Assembly (NCBI GenBank): GCA_015523565.1
Contig: WAKA01000095.1
Location: forward strand, 1 to 64,000
DNA from: Candidatus Heimdallarchaeota archaeon
GTDB lineage: Archaea; Asgardarchaeota; Heimdallarchaeia; Heimdallarchaeales; Kariarchaeaceae
DNA length: 64,000 bases
Direction: 5' to 3'
Shown: piece by piece, positions 20,404 through 29,217 of the stretch
Position numbering within the stretch: position 1 is the first letter of the stretch
Layout of the letters: each line of letters starts with the position of its first letter
The notes under the pieces: generated by a model
Seen by the model: the letters and a program-made list of their open reading frames with translations, nothing else
Told to the model about the DNA's origin: nothing
Databases searched by the model: none
Position numbers and translations under genes: made by a program

Positions 20404-22197
20404 GTGCAATTCAAAAATATTAGTATAAGAAAGAAAATATTCATTATTGTTCTTCCTATATTGATCATTTCCGCTTTTATTTTCGGGTATAGGGAATTTA
20501 ATCAAACATCAAATATTATTGTGTCTAATTTCGACGGTAATCTGGAAAACACAATCGATCTGATAAACAACAAATTAATTGAAAGAATCACATTTACGCA
20601 GAATTTATTGAAAATGCTTGCTTTTTCAAATTTGTCCAAAGCTAAATTTAATTTCCCTAACGATAAAACAGTTGATAGCATAGTCTATTCATTTTTGGAT
20701 TCTTTTGAAAACTTGAATGATACTGGAATTTTTGAAGTTTCATTACTTAACTCAACAGGATTTGAAATTGCAAAAGCAGAATACAGGAATCTTAGGGGTA
20801 AATTTTACGCAGTGCCAATCCGCGGATTGAAATTACAAGACCGTACAACCGAGGCTTATTTTATAGAAACAAAAAACCTCGTTGAGGGGCAATTTTTTGT
20901 TGATGAAATTCATTTGCAACGTCAGGACGGCGATATAAGGTTTAATCTTGGAGAAGTTATTCCTGTCTTAAAATTAGGTGCTCCAGTATATGATAATGGT
21001 AATTTCCTTGGAGTGGTTGAAATTGGACTATACTTTGACTTTTTCATTAAATCTGATTTGGAATCCTTGAATAAATTAGGTTCCCTTAATGTTTCAATTG
21101 TTGATAGTCATGGATATTTTCTTTATGATAGCTCGTCACCTTGGTCCTCCCCTCAAGACTTGGCTTCAAATTTCACAATATTTGAAAGATATGAAAACAT
21201 TGTGTTTCCCAAAGGGGATGAATTCAAGATAACAAGCTTTACACAGCAGTCAAGAATCTATTTGAAAACGCTAGGGATACATCCTTCGTCTGGAAATAAA
21301 TATTTCTTTATAATTGATGCTGATTTAAGTAGTACATTTAGTCGTTCTGGCAAACTTGCACTTTCAGGCATCGTTTTGCAATTTTTCATATTCTTGGTAA
21401 TCGGATCTCTAATTTTCTTCTTTTTTGAAATATTTGTATTTAAAAGGCTTCAGCATCTAAATCAACAACTCACAAAAATCGAACAGGGAAAATTGAATGA
21501 GATAAATTTGGAGGAAGAAACGATTGATGAGATAGGTCATATTTACCAAACTTTGAAAGGAATGGTCATTTCATTAAGCGAAATAATCTCAAATGAACGA
21601 ATGCTAATTTCGCAAATAAAGGAAAAAACCGTGCATCTAAATCATACGGCAGAAGATGTGACATCAGCTTCAGAAGAGGTTTCTGCTACTGCTGAATCTC
21701 TTTCATTGGGAGCACAGAACCAAACAGAATTAATGGGAGAGGTGACAGGTTCCCTTCATTCATTAAATAAATTGATAGTGGATGTTTCCAAGGAAATTGA
21801 AATCAGTGCAAAACTCATTTCTGACATCGCAATGCAGACAAACATACTTGCGTTGAATGCAGGTATTGAGGCAAGCAGAGCGGGGGATTATGGTAGGGGT
21901 TTTTCTGTTGTGGCAGACAACATCAGAAAACTTTCAAATGAAACACAAGAGGCAGTCAAAAGAATTGCAGAAACTTCAGAGCACTTGGTAAAGGAAATGA
22001 AAAATTCATTTGACAGTATAGCTTTACAACTCGAAAACGTAATGAGTGTGTCAGAAGAGACCTCTGCCTCTTCAGAAGAAGTGGTGGCTTCCATAGAGGA
22101 AATCAAAAGTTCAATGGCTTCACTTCTCGAAGAATTCCAAAATCTGAAAAGTATTGCAGAAGACTCTGAAAAAGGTCTTTCAAAATTAAAAATTTAG
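20404..22197 (+). CDS. Methyl-accepting chemotaxis-like transducer (TM-Cache-like-TM-HAMP-MA)
   Basis: HAMP DEIGHI; signalling hairpin IAMQTNILALNAGIEASRAGDYGRGFSVVADNIRKLS. Confidence 0.9.
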   Translation: MQFKNISIRKKIFIIVLPILIISAFIFGYREFNQTSNIIVSNFDGNLENTIDLINNKLIERITFTQNLLKMLAFSNLSKAKFNFPNDKTVDSIVYSFLDSFENLNDTGIFEVSLLNSTGFEIAKAEYRNLRGKFYAVPIRGLKLQDRTTEAYFIETKNLVEGQFFVDEIHLQRQDGDIRFNLGEVIPVLKLGAPVYDNGNFLGVVEIGLYFDFFIKSDLESLNKLGSLNVSIVDSHGYFLYDSSSPWSSPQDLASNFTIFERYENIVFPKGDEFKITSFTQQSRIYLKTLGIHPSSGNKYFFIIDADLSSTFSRSGKLALSGIVLQFFIFLVIGSLIFFFFEIFVFKRLQHLNQQLTKIEQGKLNEINLEEETIDEIGHIYQTLKGMVISLSEIISNERMLISQIKEKTVHLNHTAEDVTSASEEVSATAESLSLGAQNQTELMGEVTGSLHSLNKLIVDVSKEIEISAKLISDIAMQTNILALNAGIEASRAGDYGRGFSVVADNIRKLSNETQEAVKRIAETSEHLVKEMKNSFDSIALQLENVMSVSEETSASSEEVVASIEEIKSSMASLLEEFQNLKSIAEDSEKGLSKLKI

Positions 22198-22242
22198 CAT
22201 ACAAGAACAAAATTTTATATCGTTCCCGTAAAATTTGACTTA

Positions 22243-22776
22243 ATGACAATATGGCGATTTAGGGGATGCCAGCCAAAAATAGGGAAAAATGTGTTTATAG
22301 CTCCCTCTGCAGACGTCATTGGTGATGTAACCATTGAAGATGACTGCTACATTGGTTTTGGCTGTAGACTGAGGGGTGATTTCGGTTCAATTCATATTGG
22401 TAAAGGCACCACGATTCAAGAAAATGTCGTTATTCACACAAAACCAGAAGAAACTGTTGAAATTGGTGAAAATGTTACCATAGGTCATGGGTCCGTTCTG
22501 CATGGATGTTCCATTGGCAACTTTGCATTGATTGGAATTCGTTCAATCATAAGTGATTTCGCAACTGTGGGGGAATGGGCTGTTATAGGGGAAGGAAGCT
22601 TAGTTCGAAGGAAACAAATTGTTTCAGCCAGAAGCATTGCTGTTGGTTCCCCTGTAAGGATTATTGGCACAATAGATGATCGAAAAACAGTTAAAATGGA
22701 GATGGAGGAGACAAAAAAACATTATAGGGACCTTCTTGAATGCTTGAACAGCAATGATTGTCTTGAAAAAATATAG
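22243..22776 (+). CDS. Gamma-carbonic anhydrase family protein
   Basis: IGDVTI, LRGD, IQENVVIH, TIGHGSVLHGC hexapeptide repeats with three His ligands. Confidence 0.9.
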   Translation: MTIWRFRGCQPKIGKNVFIAPSADVIGDVTIEDDCYIGFGCRLRGDFGSIHIGKGTTIQENVVIHTKPEETVEIGENVTIGHGSVLHGCSIGNFALIGIRSIISDFATVGEWAVIGEGSLVRRKQIVSARSIAVGSPVRIIGTIDDRKTVKMEMEETKKHYRDLLECLNSNDCLEKI

Positions 22777-22825
22777 GAAGGCAAACTCTATAGATTTTTT
22801 TTTAAATTAGGACAGATATTTCACA

Positions 22826-24280
22826 TTGGAAATGGTTGAGCTAAAAAGAATAAACAATAATGTTTGGGAAATTCCTGTTACTGCCAGGTCAGACATGAAT
22901 GTTCCAGTGCACATTTATTCCTCAGAAATATTATTGAAAGACTTGGATCAGGGAGTTATAAATCAAGGGATGAATGTTGCATCATTGCCTGGCTTGGTGA
23001 AAAAAGTCTCCGTTATGCCTGATGGGCATTGGGGATATGGATTCCCAATTGGTGGCGTTGCCGCAATGGATGTTGAAGAAGGTGTCATTTCTCCAGGCGG
23101 TATTGGTTTTGACATCAATTGTGGAATGCGGTTAATTAGAACTAACCTTACTATTGAAGATGTCAAACCTAAACTAAAGGAATTAGTGGATGAACTATTC
23201 AAGGCAGTTCCAACAGGTGTCGGTACAAAAGGCTTGATTTCGTTGAAAGACCGCCAATTTGACGAAGTTATGCAGAGTGGAATTGATTGGGTGATTGAAA
23301 ATGATCTTGGATGGAAAGAGGATAAGCAATTCATGGAAGAGCAAGGGGTGATCAAGGGTGCAAGGCCTGAATTGATTTCACAAAAGGCACGTTCAAGGGG
23401 TCGTAATCAGTTGGGAACACTTGGCAGTGGCAATCACTTTCTTGAAATTCAAGTGGCACATCCCCAAAACATCCATGACAAGGAAACAGCAGAAGCTTTT
23501 GGTGTAGATATTGACAATCAAATCGTCATCATGATACATTGTGGTTCTCGCGGTTTTGGGCATCAAATAGCTTCTGAACATTTACGTGTCTTTTTGGAGG
23601 CAATGCCGAGATATGGCATAAAAATATTGGATAAGGAACTGGCCGCAGCCCCAATAAAATCGAGAGAAGGTGAAGAATATTTTGCATCCATGGCGGCCGC
23701 TGCAAACATGGCATTCGCAAATCGTGCAATTATTATGCATCAAACAAGGAAAGTTTTCTCAAAAGTGTTCGGTCAGGATCCTGAAGACTTGGGTATGAGA
23801 CTCACTTATGATGTTTGTCACAATATTGCAAAATTTGAGGAACACACTGTTGATGGTGAAAAACGGGAGGTCTTGGTTCATAGAAAAGGTGCGACTCGTG
23901 CTTTCGGTCCCAATCATCCAGATTTGGCAGAAAAATACAAACCTTATGGACAACCAGTCATTATAGGTGGAAGCATGGAAACTGGTTCCTATATCTTGGC
24001 AGGCACAGATGAATCCATGCATGAGGCATTTGGAAGCTCAGCACATGGATCTGGAAGGACAATGAGCCGAAGCAAAGCCAAAAAGCAAATTACAGGACAG
24101 GAACTCTATGAACAAATGTTAACTAAAGGCATATATGTACGGGGCGCTTCTTGGAAAGGTCTTGCCGAAGAAGCAGGATTTGCCTATAAGGATCTTTCAG
24201 AAGTAGTCAAAGCCTGTGAAGGTGGTCATTTGGCCAAACCCATTGTTCAATTAAGACCAATCGGAAATATTAAGGGTTAA
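22826..24280 (+). CDS. rtcB: RNA-splicing ligase RtcB
   Basis: MPDGHWGYGFPIGG, GFDINCG, GTLGSGNHF, HRKGAT, HGSGR, EEA..AYK. Confidence 0.97.
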   Translation: MEMVELKRINNNVWEIPVTARSDMNVPVHIYSSEILLKDLDQGVINQGMNVASLPGLVKKVSVMPDGHWGYGFPIGGVAAMDVEEGVISPGGIGFDINCGMRLIRTNLTIEDVKPKLKELVDELFKAVPTGVGTKGLISLKDRQFDEVMQSGIDWVIENDLGWKEDKQFMEEQGVIKGARPELISQKARSRGRNQLGTLGSGNHFLEIQVAHPQNIHDKETAEAFGVDIDNQIVIMIHCGSRGFGHQIASEHLRVFLEAMPRYGIKILDKELAAAPIKSREGEEYFASMAAAANMAFANRAIIMHQTRKVFSKVFGQDPEDLGMRLTYDVCHNIAKFEEHTVDGEKREVLVHRKGATRAFGPNHPDLAEKYKPYGQPVIIGGSMETGSYILAGTDESMHEAFGSSAHGSGRTMSRSKAKKQITGQELYEQMLTKGIYVRGASWKGLAEEAGFAYKDLSEVVKACEGGHLAKPIVQLRPIGNIKG

Positions 24281-25221
24281 ACATCCCATTCTATAGCCAT
24301 TGTTCCCATTGAAAATCCAAGGCTTGTGCCTGACACCAAGATTTTCGACCCCTTTTTGATCAATCCATGTTCAATCCCATAATTCAATTGAAACAGCAAA
24401 TCATTGGTTCCCATGTGTGGCACTTCTTGAAGGCATTTCAATCCTGTTTTTTCCAATGGGAATTTCATTTGTTCCAACACCATCTTGGTCGCTGCATATG
24501 TTGAACAACTTAAAGCAATAAAATCAATGTCTTTTGGATATGTTTTCATGGCAAGACATGCCTTTCGCATATGAGTTCCGAATGTTTTCACCATGTAAGC
24601 TGAAAGCTCCTTTCCTTTCTGTAAATTTGCCAACTGATATTTTGCATCACTGTTCAGAACAAACATGTCTCTAAAATAAGGGTTTGTGCTTATTTCCACA
24701 TATCTTATCATGTTTCCGTGATCTGCCTTGGAAAACGCAAATGCCCCAATAGAATCAGCAAAGATACAATTCCCGTCTGAACAATTGTTTGTATATTGTG
24801 TTGTCATTTGAACTGATCCAACTATGATGTTTTCAATTTCTGGGTGTATGAAATGGGTTCCCGCGATCTGTGCGGCAACTGTAACCGAAGCACATCCAAG
24901 GGAAAAATCAAATCCAAATCCTTCAGCTCCTGGAAAGGCTTCCATTGTGACTGGGCTTGCTCCTTCTGGATGCCTGTCTATGCCATTATGAATCCCCAAA
25001 AACCCTTGAATGTCTTCTCCTGTCAATCCTGCCATTTCTGCTGTTTTCCTGACTTCACTTATGAGTACCTTGTCCCAATCACTTTCATTTGAATAGACAT
25101 AGGTTGCAGGAACAGGATTTCTACCAAGGACTGTTTTTGGAAGATTAAGCTCTTCAACTGCTATGCGCTTATCGCCCTTGTTGTAACTCCATCCAGAAAG
25201 AGAAAGGTTATCGAACTTCAT
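24277..25221 (-). CDS. KAS III (FabH)-fold condensing or acyl-transfer enzyme with atypical active site
   Basis: Catalytic Cys in LGCAS; IFADSIGA; SCST in place of HQAN; HMGTND in place of GNT; C-terminal GLIKKGSKILVSG..LGFS...IEW. Confidence 0.78.
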   Translation of the reverse strand: MKFDNLSLSGWSYNKGDKRIAVEELNLPKTVLGRNPVPATYVYSNESDWDKVLISEVRKTAEMAGLTGEDIQGFLGIHNGIDRHPEGASPVTMEAFPGAEGFGFDFSLGCASVTVAAQIAGTHFIHPEIENIIVGSVQMTTQYTNNCSDGNCIFADSIGAFAFSKADHGNMIRYVEISTNPYFRDMFVLNSDAKYQLANLQKGKELSAYMVKTFGTHMRKACLAMKTYPKDIDFIALSCSTYAATKMVLEQMKFPLEKTGLKCLQEVPHMGTNDLLFQLNYGIEHGLIKKGSKILVSGTSLGFSMGTMAIEWDV

Positions 25222-25384
25222 AGAACTAATTCATAAGCCAAAAAGCCTATTCAATAAAGTTTCTTTGTTTACAATATCTATTTTACAGATAAAAAACAAG
25301 AAGAGCCCAACATCCCGAAAAGATTTTCTACACTTGATCGCCAATCATGCAACCATTTTTTTATTCATGAAAAAAACTTGAAAC

Positions 25385-26863
25385 ATGATCCAAAAATTAC
25401 TGATTGCCAACCGAGGTGAAATTGCACTCCGCATCATTCGAGCTGCAAAAACCTTGGGGGTTGAAACAATTGCCGTCTATTCAGAACAAGACAGGCATTC
25501 ATCACATGTGAAAATGGCTGATCTGGCAATCAATATTGGCGGAGGTCCTGCAAGCAACAATTACCTGAGCATTGAAAAATTGATTGATGTCGCTGAAAAA
25601 CATGAGGCTGACTCTGTACATCCAGGTTATGGTTTCCTTGCCGAATCCCCTGAATTTGCAGAAGCTGTTGTTAAAGCAGGATTTAAATGGGTTGGGCCAA
25701 GTGCCGAAGTAATCCAAAAACTTGGTGATAAGCTTACTTCTAGATCCATTGCCGAAAAGGTTGGTGTACCCACTACTTCTGGAAGTCCAGATCCAGTACT
25801 TCCAAACGAAGATGCAAAAAAGATTGCAAAAGAAATAGGCTATCCTGTCATGATCAAGGCATCATATGGAGGAGGCGGTATGGGCATTCAGGTTGTAAGA
25901 TCTGAGGATGAATTGCTCCCAACCATTGAAAAAACCTCCAAACAAGCTCAAGCGGCATTTGGGAACCCTGAAGTTTTTATTGAGAAATTCATAGAAAAAC
26001 CACGACATATTGAATTCCAATTCATGGCCGATAAAAGAGGGAATGTTGTCCATTTAGGGGAAAGAGAATGCTCAATTCAAAGAAGACATCAAAAGTTAAT
26101 TGAAGAAGCCCCATCAATGGCTATCAATGAAGAAGAAAGGGAAAAAATGGGCAAACTGGTTAAAAAGCTTGCAAAATATGTGGGATATGAAAATGCAGGG
26201 ACGGCTGAGTTTCTCTATAAGGATGGTCAGTTCTATTTCAATGAAGTAAACACACGAATTCAAGTGGAGCATCCAGTCACAGAAATGATAACGGGCAAGG
26301 ATCTTGTCCTTGAACAACTTCTGGTTGCATCTGGAAAAAGACTTTCATGGAAACAAAAGGATATTGCTTTCAATGGCCATGCAATTGAATTGCGAATCAA
26401 TGCAGAAGACCCTCTCCAAAATTTTGCTCCTACTGCTGGAAAAATAGAACAATTGTCAATCCCTGGTGGTCCTGGCGTCAGATTTGACTCACATATTTAT
26501 TCAGGATATACTATTCCTCGTGAATATGATTCCCTGCTTGGAAAATTGATCATTTGGGGAGAAAACCGCAACCAATCAACTGCTCGTGCTTTTATTGCAA
26601 TGACCGAACTGGCAATAACAGGTGTGCCAACCAATCTCCCATTTCATCGGGTTGCAATTGCCAACAAGAATTTCCAAAAAGGCAATTTGAATACCCATTT
26701 CATCGAAGATAATCTGATACTTCCATATATCCGTGCTGCATACAATAGGAGGGTTGCTGCATTGTTTGCCACACAAATGAAAACGCGAAAGGTCTTTCTT
26801 CCAATCAGGGAGCAATCCAATTGGCGAAGGGTTGCCTTAAAGGAAATGACAAGGAGGTACTGA
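25385..26863 (+). CDS. accC: Biotin carboxylase subunit of acyl-CoA carboxylase
   Basis: LIANRGEIA, HPGYGFLAE, GGGGMG, RECSIQRRHQK, EVNTRIQVEH, RINAEDP. Confidence 0.95.
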   Translation: MIQKLLIANRGEIALRIIRAAKTLGVETIAVYSEQDRHSSHVKMADLAINIGGGPASNNYLSIEKLIDVAEKHEADSVHPGYGFLAESPEFAEAVVKAGFKWVGPSAEVIQKLGDKLTSRSIAEKVGVPTTSGSPDPVLPNEDAKKIAKEIGYPVMIKASYGGGGMGIQVVRSEDELLPTIEKTSKQAQAAFGNPEVFIEKFIEKPRHIEFQFMADKRGNVVHLGERECSIQRRHQKLIEEAPSMAINEEEREKMGKLVKKLAKYVGYENAGTAEFLYKDGQFYFNEVNTRIQVEHPVTEMITGKDLVLEQLLVASGKRLSWKQKDIAFNGHAIELRINAEDPLQNFAPTAGKIEQLSIPGGPGVRFDSHIYSGYTIPREYDSLLGKLIIWGENRNQSTARAFIAMTELAITGVPTNLPFHRVAIANKNFQKGNLNTHFIEDNLILPYIRAAYNRRVAALFATQMKTRKVFLPIREQSNWRRVALKEMTRRY

Positions 26864-26864
26864 A

Positions 26865-27458
26865 ATGACTCATCCTGCAATCAAAAAATCAATGGAAGCA
26901 CAGGAGAAGCTCAAAAAACAATCCCATGAAAAAGTGGAATTGCCTAAAGATTACCTAAAAGAATTCAAATCGTACGATATTGTATTTACAGGTCGAAAGT
27001 CCACACTTCTTTATAATGAAAAAACTGGTGAAATTATCATAGATGGCCAAATATATAAGCCACAAGTGATTGATTGTGGATCCCATTATGAAATTAAGGT
27101 TCTCGGAAAACATTCTTACAATGTATCTTATAGTGAAGGTCACATTTTCCTTGATGGACGGATGGTTGATTTCTCATTTACCCCTTCAGTCCCCAAACTC
27201 AAAAGAAAAGGAAAACACGGTGCCAATAAAATTGAAATCCGTTCTCCTCTACCTGGTGTGATTGTTGGTCTTCATGTCAAAGAAGGGGACATTGTCAAGC
27301 AGGGGGATAAAATTGCCACATTAGAGGCAATGAAAATGCAAAATGAGCTGGTCACCGACCAAGATGGAATTGTTGAAAAAATACATATCAAAATCAATGA
27401 CCAAACAGAAACCAACCAAATTATTGCCCTGATCAACACCAAAATTGAAAGCAATTGA
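26865..27458 (+). CDS. accB: Biotin carboxyl carrier protein
   Basis: SPLPG...EAMKMQNE biotinylation motif in the C-terminal domain. Confidence 0.92.
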   Translation: MTHPAIKKSMEAQEKLKKQSHEKVELPKDYLKEFKSYDIVFTGRKSTLLYNEKTGEIIIDGQIYKPQVIDCGSHYEIKVLGKHSYNVSYSEGHIFLDGRMVDFSFTPSVPKLKRKGKHGANKIEIRSPLPGVIVGLHVKEGDIVKQGDKIATLEAMKMQNELVTDQDGIVEKIHIKINDQTETNQIIALINTKIESN

Positions 27459-27534
27459 TATTCTATAGCTATAGTATAAAAGAAAACTCGACCTGCTCAG
27501 TTGATTTTAAAAACCAATCCGTTTATCCTGATAC

Positions 27535-29106
27535 ATGGGTAACCCCGGGAATGAGGAAACAACAGAAAAAAAAATCCAAAAATTTCTTGAACTCAAAAAA
27601 CAAGCCATGTTAGGCGGGGGGGAAAAACGAATCCATGCACAACATGAAAAAGGCAAGTATACTGCCCGTGAAAGAATTCAGTTGCTTATGGATCCAGGCT
27701 CTTTTGTAGAACTCGGGGGATTTGTAACGCATCACAAAACCGAATTTGGTCTTGACAAAAAAAAATATCTGGGTGACGGTGTTGTCACTGGCTACGGTCG
27801 TGTCAATGGCAGGCTGGTTTATGTCTATGCACAAGATTTTACGGTATTGGGCGGTTCTCTTGGAAATTCACACGCCAAAAAAATTGTAAACATAATGAAT
27901 CTTGCATTGAAAACTGGTGCTCCACTTGTCGGTTTCAATGATTCTGGTGGTGCCCGTATCCAAGAAGGTGTTGATGCCTTGGCAGGTTATGGTGAAATTT
28001 TCTTTCACAACGTTCTTGCTTCTGGTGTGATTCCCCAAATCTCTGTCATTGTTGGCCCTTCAGCAGGTGGCGCAGTTTATTCTCCTGCCCTAACTGACTT
28101 TATCATCATGACAAAAGAAACATCACATATGTTTGTCACTGGTCCATCTGTCGTAAAAACGGTCACTGGTGAGGACATTTCCTTTGAAGAACTTGGCGGG
28201 TCTACAACCCATACCCTGAAATCAGGAGTCGCACACTTTGACGGAGCAGACGAAAAGGAAAGTATCGAATTGATCAAGAAAATTCTAAGCTACCTGCCAT
28301 CAAACAACTTAGAGGATCCTCCCGTTATCACTCCAACTGATGATAAATCCCGAACCAGTGAAAAACTCAATCGCATCATTCCAGATGATTCCAAATTGCC
28401 ATACGATATGAAAGAGGTAATAAAAGAAGTCGTGGATCATGGTGAATTCTTGGAAATCCAAGAAAAATGGGCTAAAAACATCATTATAGGTTTTGCACGT
28501 TTGAATGGCTATCCTGTTGGAATTGTTGCAAACCAACCTCCTGTGCTTGCAGGCGCTCTTGATAGTGAGGCAAGTATAAAGGGTGCAAAGTTTGTCAGGT
28601 TATGTGATGCATTCAATATTCCCATTATTACCTTTGTTGATGTCCCTGGCTTTCTTCCAGGAGTGGATCAGGAATGGAAGGGAATTATCAGAAATGGCGC
28701 AAAGCTTCTTTATGCATATTGTGAAGCTACAGTTCCAAAAATTGCAGTAGTTACGAGAAAAGCATTTGGTGGCGCATATATTGTCATGTCTTCAAAACAT
28801 TTGCGGACTGACGTCAATTTCGCATGGCCAATGGCGGAAATTGCAGTCATGGGATCGGAAGCGGCAGTCAACGTGATTTTCAGAAGGGATTTGGAAAAAG
28901 CTGAAGATCCAATTGCCAAACAAAAGGAAATAGAGGCAGAATACCGAGAAAAGTTCTATAACCCATATTCTGCGGCATCATTTGGATACATCGACGAGGT
29001 AATCCTCCCTTCAGAAACCAGACCAAAACTCATTGAAGCACTCTGGCCCCTACTGACAAAACGTGAAAATCGATTTCCCAAAAAACATGGTAATATCCCA
29101 TTATAG
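27535..29106 (+). CDS. pccB: Acyl-CoA carboxylase carboxyltransferase subunit (PccB/MmdA type)
   Basis: GKYTARERI, DSGGARIQEG, GGAVYSPALTD, DVPGFLPG, KKHGNIPL. Confidence 0.93.
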   Translation: MGNPGNEETTEKKIQKFLELKKQAMLGGGEKRIHAQHEKGKYTARERIQLLMDPGSFVELGGFVTHHKTEFGLDKKKYLGDGVVTGYGRVNGRLVYVYAQDFTVLGGSLGNSHAKKIVNIMNLALKTGAPLVGFNDSGGARIQEGVDALAGYGEIFFHNVLASGVIPQISVIVGPSAGGAVYSPALTDFIIMTKETSHMFVTGPSVVKTVTGEDISFEELGGSTTHTLKSGVAHFDGADEKESIELIKKILSYLPSNNLEDPPVITPTDDKSRTSEKLNRIIPDDSKLPYDMKEVIKEVVDHGEFLEIQEKWAKNIIIGFARLNGYPVGIVANQPPVLAGALDSEASIKGAKFVRLCDAFNIPIITFVDVPGFLPGVDQEWKGIIRNGAKLLYAYCEATVPKIAVVTRKAFGGAYIVMSSKHLRTDVNFAWPMAEIAVMGSEAAVNVIFRRDLEKAEDPIAKQKEIEAEYREKFYNPYSAASFGYIDEVILPSETRPKLIEALWPLLTKRENRFPKKHGNIPL

Positions 29107-29217
29107 ATTATGCAGTGAAAACAGAACCTTAATCCCTTGACTATTTTATGACTAAATAATCAATCTAACACATATTTTAAGAATTGTCAGTCAATCAGTC
29201 ACATAGAAATTACTATA

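Noticed and set aside
25385-29106. Carboxylase as evidence of the 3-hydroxypropionate/4-hydroxybutyrate carbon-fixation cycle
   Set aside because: No other cycle enzymes are in the window, and linkage to the PKS explains it more simply. A propionyl-CoA catabolic role cannot be excluded.
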